Source: an uncultured Chloroflexia bacterium (GTDB taxonomy: Bacteria; Chloroflexota; Limnocylindria; Limnocylindrales; CSP1-4). From it: a stretch of DNA of 64,000 bases. The translations under genes and the position numbers were made by a program. The stretch spans positions 1,312,001-1,376,000 of the forward strand of contig CAVXPZ010000001.1 of the NCBI GenBank assembly GCA_963763775.1, read 5' to 3'. Positions within the stretch are counted from its first letter, which is position 1. Each line of letters starts with the position of its first letter. The notes beneath the pieces were generated by a model that did no database searches, was not told the origin of the DNA, and saw nothing but the letters and a program-made list of their open reading frames with translations. Of the stretch, positions 20,797 to 31,260 are shown one piece after another.

Positions 20797-21246
20797 ATGG
20801 CGAAGATCCACTACGAGGCGGACGGCGACATCCCGGCGGCGCGGTTCATCGCGGCCCTGACGGATTTCAGCGAGCGGCGCCCGGAGCTGTGGCCGAATCT
20901 CGACACGAAGTACTTCCGGCTCCATGAGCTCGGCGACTCTTGGGCCGAGGTCACCGAAGGGACCGATGTGCTCGGCGGCGTCTGGGCGCGCGAGCACTAC
21001 GACTGGTCGGAGCCAGGGCGTGTCACCCTCAGGCTCGTGGAAGCCGTCGACTTCAAGCCGGGCACCCGGATCGACTACCGGATCACGGATCGGCCCGGTG
21101 GCGGCTGCCACGTCTCGGTGGACTTCCAGCGGACCGCGGTCAGCCTGCGCGGCCGGGTGGTCGGCGTGGCCGTGGCGCTCGGGGGCGCGCGTCAGTTCTC
21201 GGGCCAGCTGCGAGAAACGCTGGCCCGACTGGCGGCGATGCCCTAG
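20797..21246 (+). CDS. SRPBCC / polyketide cyclase-dehydrase family protein
   Basis: ALTDFSERRPELWPNL..AEVTEG..VWAREHYDWS; TACGAT 6 nt before the ATG. Confidence 0.75.
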   Translation: MAKIHYEADGDIPAARFIAALTDFSERRPELWPNLDTKYFRLHELGDSWAEVTEGTDVLGGVWAREHYDWSEPGRVTLRLVEAVDFKPGTRIDYRITDRPGGGCHVSVDFQRTAVSLRGRVVGVAVALGGARQFSGQLRETLARLAAMP

Positions 21247-21256
21247 CGATCCCGGG

Positions 21257-21730
21257 TCAGGCGGGGACGGCTGCCGGCACCTCGTCGACGATGGACGCCG
21301 CGTGATCCGCAGCGTCCGCCATGGCCTCGCGTACCGGGTCGGCGATCTCATCCGCGCTGTCGGACGCCGACGACCGCATGCTGTCGACCCGTTCGCGCGC
21401 GACCCGGGCGGCCCGGTCGGCTCGCTCCTGGACGGCGGGGTTCCGCACGATCGCCACGATGACGACGGCAAGCAGCGCGGCGATCCCCATCGCGATCGGC
21501 CAGCGCGGGCGACGGATCGGGCGAAGGACCCCGAGCGTCGCGGCGACGCCGGCGATGGCCTTCCCGAGGTCGATCCGCGGCAGGGTCAGTTCGCTGGGAT
21601 CGGCCGAGAGACGCGGCATCTCGACCTCAGGCAGGCGGATCTCCGAGAGGGCGCGGACGATCTCGTCGCGCTGCAGTTCCGGGAGATGGAGCTCCGGGAT
21701 CCGGATCTCCTTGACGGTCAGCTCAGGCAT
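21257..21730 (-). CDS. Hypothetical membrane protein with N-terminal (I/L)PE repeats
   Basis: SD GAGGAGG; IPELHLPEL..LPEVEMP..LPRIDL; one TM helix. Confidence 0.6.
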   Translation of the reverse strand: MPELTVKEIRIPELHLPELQRDEIVRALSEIRLPEVEMPRLSADPSELTLPRIDLGKAIAGVAATLGVLRPIRRPRWPIAMGIAALLAVVIVAIVRNPAVQERADRAARVARERVDSMRSSASDSADEIADPVREAMADAADHAASIVDEVPAAVPA

Positions 21731-21844
21731 GGCAGCCCTCCTCGAGTGGTGGCGTCAAGGATACCCCCGACACCACACGGCGCGACCTTGCAACCGGCCC
21801 GTCCGACGTGCCATCCGGCTCTCGAACCGAGCCGGTGGCGGGTT

Positions 21845-21889
21845 TCATCCGGTCGGGGTGATGCCGCCGCGACCACGATGGTGTGCCAT
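21845..21889 (+). promoter_or_regulatory. Operator copy 1: TCATCC-GGTCG-GGGTGA-TGCCG, then N17 and TGCCAT
   Basis: Same motif recurs at 31261 and 36957; lies upstream of the PLD gene. Confidence 0.65.
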
Positions 21890-21951
21890 GCGGGTACGAT
21901 CGACGGACCGACCGGTCACGGTCGAAGCAGGATCAGCATCTGGAGGGATCC

Positions 21952-23286
21952 GTGAGCCGACGACGCCGATTCCTCGCGGCCGGAGCCGGCGTCGCGGCGT
22001 CCGCCACGGTCCTTGCGCGACGCTCGAAGCGGGCCACCGCCTTCCCGCCCGGTCCGGATGCCCTCACCCCCCAGCTGGCCCGTGACCGAGCGGCGACGCT
22101 CCTCCAGCAGCCGTCGCTCCGGCGTCGCGACCTGGCCATGGACTTCGCGCCGGCGATCGCCACGTCGGTCGACCCGCTGCTGCACGGGCGCCGCTACTTC
22201 CCCAGGATGCTCGACGACATCAGGGCCGCGACGGACCACGTCCACCTGCTGATCTATGGCTACAAGCCGGGCGAGATCGGGACGACGTTCCTCGAGGTCC
22301 TGGCCGCCAAGGTCCGTGACGGGGTCGAGGTCCGCCTCGCGGTGGACGCGATCGGCAGCGAGATCGATTTCGGCAGCAAGGCGCTGTTCCGCGACCTCGT
22401 GGCGGCCGGCATCCAGGTCGTCGCCGCGGACGGGATCGTCGTGTTCCGCGAGGGGGAGATCGGTGCGCGGCGAGCCGCCGTCCGCTTCGAGAACACGCTC
22501 CATTTCAACCATCGCAAGATGGCCGTCATCGATGGCCGCATCGGCTACGTCGGCGGGACCGGGATCGAAGACCACTACAACGACGAGCGGTTCTATGACG
22601 TCATGTGCCGGGTCACCGGCCCGATCGTGGCGCAGCTCCAGCTCGTCTTCCTCGCGACCTGGCGCCATGACGGCGGCGACGCCTCCTCCGAGCCCGAGGC
22701 GCTGGACCGGTGGTTCCCCGCCGATGCCCTCGATGTCCCGGCCGATGCCGCCTGGCAAGCGCCCACGACCATCCTGTGGAACGTTCCGGGCACGGGCCAT
22801 CATCCGATCAGCGACGCGATCGAGGCGTCGCTCGCGTCAGCTACCCGGCGGATCCACATCGTCAACCCGTACATCAGCAATCGCGCGATCCTCGCGGGCA
22901 TCCTCGCGGCCGCGCAGCGGGGGGTCTCGGTCGAGCTGGTCGTGCCGGGCAAGCCGACGCCCCCCTACCCCGGGGCCGCGTTCCAGCATCACTACGAGCG
23001 CCTGCTCGACGCCGGGGTGACCATCCTGCTGCACCCCGACATGGCCCACGCCAAGGTCCTGATCATCGACGACCGCGTCTTCATCGGCGGGTGCAACCTC
23101 GACGACCTGTCGCTCTTCCGCAACGACGAGATCGACCTCCTGTTCGAGGATCCCCGGGTCGTGGACCTGACCGAGCGCCAGGTCTTCGAGGAACTCGTCG
23201 GGATGTCCGCGCCCGCCGAGATCCCGACCGACCCCAAGGCTCGAGCCTGGAACGCCGCGATGGACCGCGTCTCGAGGCTCCTCTAG
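21952..23286 (+). CDS. Phospholipase D / cardiolipin synthase family protein with Tat-like N-terminus
   Basis: Two HKD motifs (NHRKMAVID, HAKVLIID); SD GGAGG before the GTG; SRRRRFL N-terminus. Confidence 0.88.
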   Translation: MSRRRRFLAAGAGVAASATVLARRSKRATAFPPGPDALTPQLARDRAATLLQQPSLRRRDLAMDFAPAIATSVDPLLHGRRYFPRMLDDIRAATDHVHLLIYGYKPGEIGTTFLEVLAAKVRDGVEVRLAVDAIGSEIDFGSKALFRDLVAAGIQVVAADGIVVFREGEIGARRAAVRFENTLHFNHRKMAVIDGRIGYVGGTGIEDHYNDERFYDVMCRVTGPIVAQLQLVFLATWRHDGGDASSEPEALDRWFPADALDVPADAAWQAPTTILWNVPGTGHHPISDAIEASLASATRRIHIVNPYISNRAILAGILAAAQRGVSVELVVPGKPTPPYPGAAFQHHYERLLDAGVTILLHPDMAHAKVLIIDDRVFIGGCNLDDLSLFRNDEIDLLFEDPRVVDLTERQVFEELVGMSAPAEIPTDPKARAWNAAMDRVSRLL

Positions 23287-23398
23287 GTCACCGCGATGCG
23301 CCGCTTCTCGTCCCCGACGGGCGCATGGACGTCCTGTATCGTGCCCTCCCGTCCCCAGTGAGTGAGGAGATCAGACGAATGACCACGGGTCCCCGCAC

Positions 23399-25573
23399 GT
23401 GACCGCCCTCCGGAACATCGCGGAGTTCTACCGGCTCCAGGGGGAGATCCTGTGGAAGTGGCGTCCCGGGCGCCGGGCGTTGATCCGCCGCATGATCATC
23501 TCGTTCGTCGTCGCGTTCATCTCGCTGTCGCTGACGGTCTGGATCATCCCGGGCCTGCACGTCGACGACTGGGCGACGATGGCGCTCGCGGTCATCGCGT
23601 TCGCGCTGATCAATGCCCTCGTGCGGCCGATCATCCTGTTCGGCCTCGCGAGCATCTCGACGATCGCGGTGATCATCGCGACGTTCGTCTTCCAGATCCT
23701 CGTGTTCTACCTCGTCGAGTGGCTGCTTCCGGGCTTCCACATCGACCGGGTCACGGCGGCCCTGTTCGGGTCGATCTTCTTCGCGGTCTTCAACACGATC
23801 CTGTCGGCGATCCTCTCGGTCAACCAGGACGAGTCGTACTACGGGGCACTGGTCGCGCAGCTGGCGAGCAAGCGCACCGACCGCATCGTCACCGACCAGC
23901 CCGGCGTGGTGATCATCCAGATCGACGGCCTGGCCCACCCCATCCTGTCGCACCAGATCCGCGCCGGCCGCGTCCCGTTCATCGCGAAGTGGGTCCGCAG
24001 CCACCAGATGCGGCTCGACAAGTGGACCGCGCTGCTGCCCTCGCAGACGTCGGCCAGCCAGGCCGGGATCCTGCACGGCAACAACAGCTTCATCCCCGCG
24101 TTCCGCTGGTGGGAGAAGGACCGCCAGGTCATGATGGTGTCGAACCATCCCGCCGACGCCGCGGAGATCGTCCGACGCGCCTCCGATGGCGAGGGCCTGC
24201 TCTCGAACGACGGCGCCAGCGTCGGCAATCTCGTGTCCGGCGACGCGGTCCGCTCGTACATCACGATGGCGACGATCAAGGACCCGGACCAGGGCCTCGG
24301 CCACAGCCGCGCCTGGTACTCGTTCTTCGTGAGCCCGGACAACTACCTGCGGACGGGCGTCCTGACCGTCGCCGAGATCATCAAGGAGTACTACCAGGCG
24401 CGGCGGTCGCATCGCCGCGGCGTCGAGCCCTCGATGCATCGCGGCATGCCGTACCCGGTGGCCCGTGCGGCCACCAACGTCGCCCTGCGCTCGCTGGGGA
24501 CGGCCCTGGTCATGGAGGAGATGTACCGCGGGACGCCGGTGGTCTACATCGACTACACCGACTACGACGAGATCGCCCACCATTCCGGCCCCGAGCGCGG
24601 TGAGACCCTCGACGCGCTCGACGGCGTCGACCTGACGATCGAGGCGCTCGTGAAGGCGGCCGACGACGCCCCGCGGCCCTACAAGTTCATCCTGCTCTCC
24701 GACCACGGGCAGAGCCTCGGATCCACGTTCCTCCAGCGCTACGGCAAGAGCCTCAAGGACGTCATCTCGGAGCTCATGGGCGGCGTGTCGGTCGCGGATG
24801 GCACCGGCAGCGTCGAGCAGTGGGGCACGCTGAACGCCGCGCTGTCCGAGGCCGCCCAGGCCGACGGCGCCACGGCCGCGATCACCAAGGCCGCGTTCAA
24901 GGGCCAGACCGAGGACGGGACGATCGATGTCGTGCCGGCCGAGGAGCGCGCCGACGAGACACCGGAGGCCGGGCCGCCGGAGCTCGTCGTCTGCGCCTCG
25001 GGCAACCTGGCGCTCATCTACTTCCCGCGTCTCGAGGGACGGGCCACCGTCGAGCAGATCGAGGAGTCGTGGCCCGGCCTCGTGGAGACGCTCTCCCAGC
25101 ACGAGGGCGTCGGCTTCCTGATGGTTCGCACGGCGACGCGCGGGACCGTCCTGCTCGGCCGCGACGGCATCCGGTATCTCCGGGACGGCACCGTCGAGGG
25201 CGTCGACCCGGTCGCGCCGTACGGCGAGCACGCGATCACCGGTCTGCGCCGCGTCGACGGGATGGAGTATGCGGGCGACCTCGTCGCGATCAGCATGCTC
25301 GACGTGGAGACCGACGAGGTGGCCGCGTTCGAGGAGCTGATCGGGTCCCACGGCGGCCTCGGGGGGCCGCAGACCCATCCGTTCATCCTGCATCCGGCTG
25401 ACTGGACGATCGACGAGCCGATCGTCGGCGCGGAGGCGGTCTACCGCCAGATCCGCCGCTGGCTGGAGGGCATCGGCATCCCGCTCGGGAAGCAGCCCGG
25501 CGCCGCGCCGGCGACCGGCGAGTCGGCGACCGTCGCCATCGACCCGATCGCGGCCGCGACGCACGGCGACTGA
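23399..25573 (+). CDS. 4-TM 'phage holin family 4' (DUF360-like) domain fused to an alkaline phosphatase / nucleotide phosphodiesterase domain
   Basis: INALVRPII membrane domain; IQIDGL, SQTSASQ, YDEIAHH and LSDHGQS metal-binding motifs. Confidence 0.85.
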   Translation: MTALRNIAEFYRLQGEILWKWRPGRRALIRRMIISFVVAFISLSLTVWIIPGLHVDDWATMALAVIAFALINALVRPIILFGLASISTIAVIIATFVFQILVFYLVEWLLPGFHIDRVTAALFGSIFFAVFNTILSAILSVNQDESYYGALVAQLASKRTDRIVTDQPGVVIIQIDGLAHPILSHQIRAGRVPFIAKWVRSHQMRLDKWTALLPSQTSASQAGILHGNNSFIPAFRWWEKDRQVMMVSNHPADAAEIVRRASDGEGLLSNDGASVGNLVSGDAVRSYITMATIKDPDQGLGHSRAWYSFFVSPDNYLRTGVLTVAEIIKEYYQARRSHRRGVEPSMHRGMPYPVARAATNVALRSLGTALVMEEMYRGTPVVYIDYTDYDEIAHHSGPERGETLDALDGVDLTIEALVKAADDAPRPYKFILLSDHGQSLGSTFLQRYGKSLKDVISELMGGVSVADGTGSVEQWGTLNAALSEAAQADGATAAITKAAFKGQTEDGTIDVVPAEERADETPEAGPPELVVCASGNLALIYFPRLEGRATVEQIEESWPGLVETLSQHEGVGFLMVRTATRGTVLLGRDGIRYLRDGTVEGVDPVAPYGEHAITGLRRVDGMEYAGDLVAISMLDVETDEVAAFEELIGSHGGLGGPQTHPFILHPADWTIDEPIVGAEAVYRQIRRWLEGIGIPLGKQPGAAPATGESATVAIDPIAAATHGD

Positions 25574-25602
25574 CCCGACCCGCCCGACCCCGACCCGGAA
25601 TC

Positions 25603-25639
25603 AGAACGGCGACCCGGGCACCAGCCCGAGCCGCCGTTT
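25603..25639. terminator. Hairpin between convergent genes, candidate terminator
   Basis: AACGGCG..CGGGC-ACCA-GCCCG..CGCCGTT stem-loop. Confidence 0.4.
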
Positions 25640-25675
25640 CGTTCGTGTCCGGCCACCGCGCGGTGGCGACGCGCC

Positions 25676-26158
25676 CTACTTGGCGAGGGCCTTGGCCTTC
25701 AGGTCCTGATACTGCTGCTCGTTGATCGTGCCCGCGGCCTTGAGCTGGTCCAGCTTGGCCAGTTCGTCGGCGACGGAGACGCCCGCGGCCGCCTTGTTGG
25801 CCGCATCGGCCTGGGCCATCATCTGGACGTCCTGGGGCGTGACCTTCGGGCGCATGACGATGTAGATCAGGCAGCCGAGGAAGGGCAGGATCACCAGGAA
25901 GAGGATCCACAGGGCCTTCGTGCCGCCCGAGATGTCGTTGCGCCGGAAGATGTCGGCGAACAGCGAGATGAAGATGAACAGGAACATGAACAGGAAGAAG
26001 AACCAGATCATCGACCAGAACGCGTCCCAGAAGGTGAACGAGTTCGTGCCGACCTGGTTGCACCCGGCGACCAGCAGCGCGGTCAAGCCGAGCAGCAGGA
26101 GCGCCGGTCGCGCCATGGTCTGGCGCAGCGTCGTGATGGCCGTCATGCCAACCTCCAT
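25676..26158 (-). CDS. PLDc_N membrane domain plus C-terminal SHOCT protein (possible lipoprotein)
   Basis: DIFRRNDISGGTKALWILFLVILPFLGCLIYIVMRP; ADELAKLDQLKAAGTINEQQYQDLKAKAL; LVAGC lipobox-like sequence. Confidence 0.85.
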   Translation of the reverse strand: MEVGMTAITTLRQTMARPALLLLGLTALLVAGCNQVGTNSFTFWDAFWSMIWFFFLFMFLFIFISLFADIFRRNDISGGTKALWILFLVILPFLGCLIYIVMRPKVTPQDVQMMAQADAANKAAAGVSVADELAKLDQLKAAGTINEQQYQDLKAKALAK

Positions 26159-26359
26159 CTAGCGGGTCACCCGCGGTGTGACGTCCGATCCGGAGGATCT
26201 CCCCGGCCCGAGCCCCACCGTCAAACATTGCCGGTGATCCTGGACCCGCGAGCGCGGGCCCCCCGAGCGTAGTCCATCGGCCGCTCGCGGATCGGCCGTT
26301 CGCACCGCGGGCCGTTCCGCCATCATGCGCTCCGGACGGCGGCGCAGGAGGGATCATCA

Positions 26360-28243
26360 GTGGCCACGGACGGGGGCGCGAGCGGTGGCGGTGTCGGGGC
26401 TCCACCGGGCCGGGACCTGCGCGCCGGCCTCCGCCACGCGGGTGACCGGGTCGCCGCCCGTCTGACCGGCGGCGGCCAGCCTCTGGCATGGACGCTCCGT
26501 GGCTATCGACGGGGCCAGTTCCGTGGCGACGCGATCGGCGGGCTCACGGTCGCGGCCCTGATCGTCCCGCTCAGCATCGGCTACGCGCAGGTGGCGGGGC
26601 TGCCGCCCGAGGTGGGCCTCTACGCGTCGATGGTGCCGCTGCTCGCGTACGCGGTCTTCGGCTCCGCGCGCCGGCTGATCGTCGGCCCGGATGCGGCCAC
26701 GGCCGCGCTCGTCGCGGCGGCCATCCTGCCGCTCGCGGTCGGCTCGGACGACCGCGTCCGGCTCGCGTCGGCCCTGGCCCTCATCGTCGCGGCGATCTTC
26801 ATCGCGATGCGACTCGCCACGCTCGGGTTCCTCGCGGACTTCCTGTCGCGCCCGATCCTCGTCGGGTACATGACCGGCGTCGGGATCACGGTCGCGGTGA
26901 ACCAGATCCCCAAGATCCTCGGGGCCAAGCCGTTCGCCGACGTCCTGGCGGTGCTGGGCGGCGTGGACCTCGCCCACGCCGATCTCCGGGTCGTCCTCGA
27001 GGCGGTCGGGATCGCCCTCGGGCACGCGGGCGTCAACGGCCCGTCCGTGGTCGTCGGCGGCCTCGTCCTGATCGCGGTGCTGGCCGGTGACCGGCTCCTG
27101 CCGGGGATCCCGGTCGCCCTGCTTGCGCTCATCGCGGCGCTGGTCGCGACGGTCGCGCTCGACCTGCCGGCCCGGGGGGTCCAGGTGCTCGGTCCCGTGC
27201 CGTCGGGACTGCCACCGATCGCCCTCCCACTGGTCTCGGTGGACGAAGCCCTGGCGCTGCTGCCCGGGGCGATCGGGATCGCGATCCTGAGCTTCGCGGA
27301 CACGGCCCTGACCGGTCGACGCTTCGCCGAGCAGGGCGGCGAAGTGACCGACCCCGACCGCGAGCTCCTGGCCCTGGGCGCCGCGGACCTGGGCGCCAGC
27401 CTGACCGGCGGGTACCCGATCAGCTCGAGCGCGTCGCGGACGGCGGCGCTGGGATCGACGGGGTCGACCACGCAGCTGGCCGGCGTCATCGCCGCGGTCG
27501 CCGTCGCGCTCGTCCTCGTCTTCCTCGCCGGATATCTCACGAACCTGCCGATCCCGGCCATCGGCGCCGTGGTCCTGACATCCGCCTTGCGGTTCATCGA
27601 CATCCGCGGCATCGTCCGGATCTGGCGGACGGTCCGTGTCGAGGGCGCGATCGCGATCGCCGCCATGCTCGGCGTGATCCTGTACGGGACGCTCGTCGGC
27701 GTCGGGATCGCGGCGTTGCTCGCGGCGGTCAACGTGTTCCGACGCGCCGCTCGGCCGCGGATCGACGAGCTGGGCCGGCTGCCCGAGTCCGGCCTGTACG
27801 CCGACCTGGTCCGCGACCCGACGGCACAGCGGATCCCGGGCGTCCTCATCGTCCGCTATGCCGGTCCACTCTTCTTCGCGACCGCCTCCGCGTTCCGGAC
27901 CCAGGTCCGCACGCTCGTCGACGCCCGTCCCGACGTCCGCCGCGTCGTGATCGACGCGTCGGGCATCGTCGACCTGGACCTGACCGCCGCGGACGCGGTC
28001 CGGGCCCTCGAACGCGACCTCGAGACGCGCGACGTCACGCTGGCGGTCGCCCGACCCACGGGCAAGATCCGCGACCTCCTTCGTCGGTTCGGACTGACGG
28101 AGCTGGCCGGTCCGAAAGGCTCGTTCCCACGCACCCTCGACGAGGTCATCGCGGATGTGGACGTGGCGCGTCCGATCGAGCCCGAGGCCGGCCCGGCCGG
28201 TGCAACCCTCCGAGCGACGACTCCGACACCTCCGATGACATGA
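26360..28243 (+). CDS. SulP family anion permease with STAS domain
   Basis: GLTVAALIVPLSIGYAQVAGLPPEVGLY, LIVGPD, GPLFFA and IDASGIVDLDLTA motifs. Confidence 0.92.
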   Translation: MATDGGASGGGVGAPPGRDLRAGLRHAGDRVAARLTGGGQPLAWTLRGYRRGQFRGDAIGGLTVAALIVPLSIGYAQVAGLPPEVGLYASMVPLLAYAVFGSARRLIVGPDAATAALVAAAILPLAVGSDDRVRLASALALIVAAIFIAMRLATLGFLADFLSRPILVGYMTGVGITVAVNQIPKILGAKPFADVLAVLGGVDLAHADLRVVLEAVGIALGHAGVNGPSVVVGGLVLIAVLAGDRLLPGIPVALLALIAALVATVALDLPARGVQVLGPVPSGLPPIALPLVSVDEALALLPGAIGIAILSFADTALTGRRFAEQGGEVTDPDRELLALGAADLGASLTGGYPISSSASRTAALGSTGSTTQLAGVIAAVAVALVLVFLAGYLTNLPIPAIGAVVLTSALRFIDIRGIVRIWRTVRVEGAIAIAAMLGVILYGTLVGVGIAALLAAVNVFRRAARPRIDELGRLPESGLYADLVRDPTAQRIPGVLIVRYAGPLFFATASAFRTQVRTLVDARPDVRRVVIDASGIVDLDLTAADAVRALERDLETRDVTLAVARPTGKIRDLLRRFGLTELAGPKGSFPRTLDEVIADVDVARPIEPEAGPAGATLRATTPTPPMT

Positions 28244-28808
28244 CCCGCCGTGCCGAGCCGGTCCAGCGGCGGCACTGGTCGTCGGCGATCGTCATCCTCG
28301 TCGCGGTCGCCGTCGTGGCCAGCCTGGTGGCCGCGCTGACCGCCGGTCGCGGCTCCGACGTGCCGACCGCCGGAAGCGTCGCCGTGCCGAACATCGTCGG
28401 CATGACCGTCGATCGCGCGTCCGCGACCCTCGACAAGCAGGGCCTCGAGCTCGGCGAGTACGTCACGATCCAGACGACCGCGCTCCCGGAGGGCACGGTC
28501 ACGGCGCAGTCGCCGACGCCGGGCACCCTCGTCGCGACGGATTCCGTCGTCACGCCGACCGTCTCCACCCGTCGCGACCTCGTGGTCGTCCCCGATGTCG
28601 TCGGCAAGACCGCGGCCGAGGCGGTCGTCGCGATCACGGCCGTCGGGCTGCGGGTCGAAGCGACGACGGAGGTGATCGATCCGCGGTACCGATCGGGTCC
28701 GTGGTCGCGACCAGTCCGGCGGCCGGGCGGCAGGTCGCCGCGGGGTCGGGCGTCGAGCTGCGGATCTCGGCGGCCGCATCGACGACTCCGGCGAGCCCGT
28801 CGCCCTAG
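28240..28808 (+). CDS. Membrane-anchored PASTA-domain protein (frameshifted 3' end)
   Basis: TM helix followed by VPNIVG..QSPTPGT and VPDVVG PASTA repeats; likely stop TAG 28806-28808. Confidence 0.7.
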
Positions 28809-28938
28809 GGGAGACGTCCGCGCGGGGAGCGGGCACGCGGGCGCAGCGGGCGGACGGTGCTATCCTCGACGGCCGAACAGGACGCCCGGCCGCATCGCCG
28901 GGTCCCCGCCCCGGAGACCTCAGGGGGTCCCTCCACAC

Positions 28939-31242
28939 GTGACGTTGGCAACGCCCGGAGCGAGACGCGCCCGTGGCGGCACGACCGGATCCGTTCCGGA
29001 CCGACTCGCCGTCCTCGAGACCAAACTGGTGGCGCCGTACCCGCGGCGCGGCATCGTGGTGCGACACGGCCTGCTTGGCCGGCTCGACACGATCGACGAG
29101 CCGATGGTGGCCCTCCTCGCCCCGGCGGGTTACGGGAAGTCGACCCTGCTCGCGCAGTGGGCGGAGCGGACGCGACGTCCGGTCGCCTGGCTCTCGGCCG
29201 ATGAACGCGACAACGACCCGGCCACCCTCGTGCGCGGCGTGGCGGCCGCCCTCGATCGCGCGATCGGTCTTGACGCCGCCGTCATCGACGGGGTCGCCAC
29301 CCCGGGTCCGTCCGTCTGGTCGGTCGCGATCCCGCGGCTGGGGGCGGCGATGGCGACCGCCGCGCCATTCACGCTGTGCGTGGACGACGTGGACCGGATC
29401 GGCGACCAGGAAGCCCTGGACGTGCTGATCACCCTCGCCGGACACCTCGGGCCCGGGTCAAGGCTCGGCGTCGCCGGACGCGGGACGGGCGACTTCCCGA
29501 TCGCCCGCCTCGTGTCGCGCGGCCAGATCGCCTCGGTCGGGCGAGAGGCGATGGCGCTCGATCTCGGCGAGACGCACGCGGTCATCGGCGCCGCTGGCGT
29601 GACCATGACGACCGACGAGGTCGCGGTCCTGTACGACCGGACGGAGGGCTGGCCGGCCGGCGTGTACCTCTCGGCCCTGGCGGCCCGCGGCCGACAGGAC
29701 GCGAGCGACCCACTGGCGATGCCGATGGGGTCGAGCGACCGCCTGATCGAGGACTACCTGCGCATGGAGGTGCTCGCGGCGACCGCCGCGGACGACGTGG
29801 ACCTGCTCCTCCGCGCCTCGGTCTTCGATCGGATCAGCGGACCGCTGTGCGATGAGGTCCTCGGACGATCCGGCTCCGGGGTCGCTCTCGATCGGCTCGA
29901 ACGCGCCAACCTTTTCCTCATCCCGCTCGACCAGGGCCGGACATGGTTCCGGTTCCACCACCTGCTCGCCGACCTCCTCCGATCCGAGTTGGCTCGGCGC
30001 GAACCGGGCGCGGCGACGGAGCTCCGTCGGCGGGCGGCGGTCTGGCACGAGCAGCAGGACCTCCTCGAGCCGGCCCTCGAGTACGCGATGGCGGCCGAGG
30101 ATGTCTCGATGGCGACGCGACTCGTGATGCGGTTGGGCCAGGCGACGCTCAACGCGGGGCGCTCCACGACCCTCTCGCGCTGGTTCGCGTGGCTGGAAGC
30201 TCACGGTGCAGGCCAGGCGAACCCGCGGGTCGCGGCACTCGCGGCGGTGATGTTCGCGCTCGGTGGGGATGACGCCAGCTCGGAGCGGTGGCGCGACATG
30301 GCCACCGCCTCTGGCCCGGACGCGGCGGATGTCGCGGCCGTCGCGGTGCCGATCGTCGTCTACATGCACGCGTTCCTCGACCGCGACGGCATCGTCCGGA
30401 TGCAGGAGGACGCGGATTTCGCCGCGGCCACGATGCCGGTCGACGATCCGTACCATCTCGCGGCGATCGCCCTCCAGGCGGTGGCGAGGGGCCTGGCTGG
30501 CGACCATGTCCGGGCCGACGCCGGCTTCTCGGACGTCGTGGCCCAGTGGGAGCGCGGCAGCATGGCCCACTACGCGGCGGTCGTGAGCCTCGTGTTCCTC
30601 GCCGAGCATGCCATCGATCGCGGGGACTGGGCCACGGCGGCCGGGCACGCCCGGCGGGCGCGATCCGTCACCGTCGCGCAAGGCCTCGACGAGCAGGCGA
30701 TCGCGGCCGCCGTCGATGCGATCGGCGCGCGGATCGCCGTCCACCGTGGCGCCACGGAGCAGGCACGAGCCGACGCCATCCACGCCAGGCGACTCCGGGC
30801 CCAGCTCACGACGGCCATCCCGTGGCTGGCCCTGCGAGTCCGGCTCGACCTCATCCATGTCGACCTCGGACTCGGCGACGCGGGTGGCGCGCGCACGCTG
30901 CTGACGGAGGTCCGCGAGATCCTCGCCCGTCGCCCGGACATGGGGACGCTGGTCGACGAGACCGCCGAGCTGGAGCAACGTGTCGCCGCGATGCGCGGCG
31001 GCGTCGCCGGCGCGTCCACCCTGACCCTCGCCGAGCTTCGGCTCCTCCCGCTGCTGACGACGCACCTCTCGTTCCGCGAGATCGGCGAGCGCCTGTTCGT
31101 CTCGCAGAACACCGTGAAGACGCAGGCGATCTCGATCTACCGGAAGCTCGACGCGACCTCACGCAGCGAGGCGGTCGCGCGCGCGACCGAGATGGGCTTC
31201 ATCGGCGGTCACGCCGGCGAGCGGGAGTCATCCGGCGACTGA
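28939..31242 (+). CDS. MalT-like LuxR family regulator (STAND-type ATPase, helical domain, LuxR HTH)
   Basis: LETKL, APAGYGKSTLLAQW, RTEGWPAGVYL, WFRFHHL, and LSFREIGERLFVSQNTVKTQAISIYRKL. Start is approximate. Confidence 0.9.
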   Translation: MTLATPGARRARGGTTGSVPDRLAVLETKLVAPYPRRGIVVRHGLLGRLDTIDEPMVALLAPAGYGKSTLLAQWAERTRRPVAWLSADERDNDPATLVRGVAAALDRAIGLDAAVIDGVATPGPSVWSVAIPRLGAAMATAAPFTLCVDDVDRIGDQEALDVLITLAGHLGPGSRLGVAGRGTGDFPIARLVSRGQIASVGREAMALDLGETHAVIGAAGVTMTTDEVAVLYDRTEGWPAGVYLSALAARGRQDASDPLAMPMGSSDRLIEDYLRMEVLAATAADDVDLLLRASVFDRISGPLCDEVLGRSGSGVALDRLERANLFLIPLDQGRTWFRFHHLLADLLRSELARREPGAATELRRRAAVWHEQQDLLEPALEYAMAAEDVSMATRLVMRLGQATLNAGRSTTLSRWFAWLEAHGAGQANPRVAALAAVMFALGGDDASSERWRDMATASGPDAADVAAVAVPIVVYMHAFLDRDGIVRMQEDADFAAATMPVDDPYHLAAIALQAVARGLAGDHVRADAGFSDVVAQWERGSMAHYAAVVSLVFLAEHAIDRGDWATAAGHARRARSVTVAQGLDEQAIAAAVDAIGARIAVHRGATEQARADAIHARRLRAQLTTAIPWLALRVRLDLIHVDLGLGDAGGARTLLTEVREILARRPDMGTLVDETAELEQRVAAMRGGVAGASTLTLAELRLLPLLTTHLSFREIGERLFVSQNTVKTQAISIYRKLDATSRSEAVARATEMGFIGGHAGERESSGD

Positions 31243-31260
31243 CGCGTCGCCCAGGGGGTT

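Noticed and set aside
23399-25573. Holin as evidence of a prophage
   Set aside because: It is a DUF360-type membrane domain fused to a phosphodiesterase, with no endolysin, integrase or structural phage genes nearby.
28240-31242. Apparent PASTA-MalT/LuxR fusion
   Set aside because: Topologically implausible (extracellular PASTA continuous with a cytoplasmic ATPase, no second TM). The Arg-rich junction is off-frame, and a TATCCT -10 lies at 28861.
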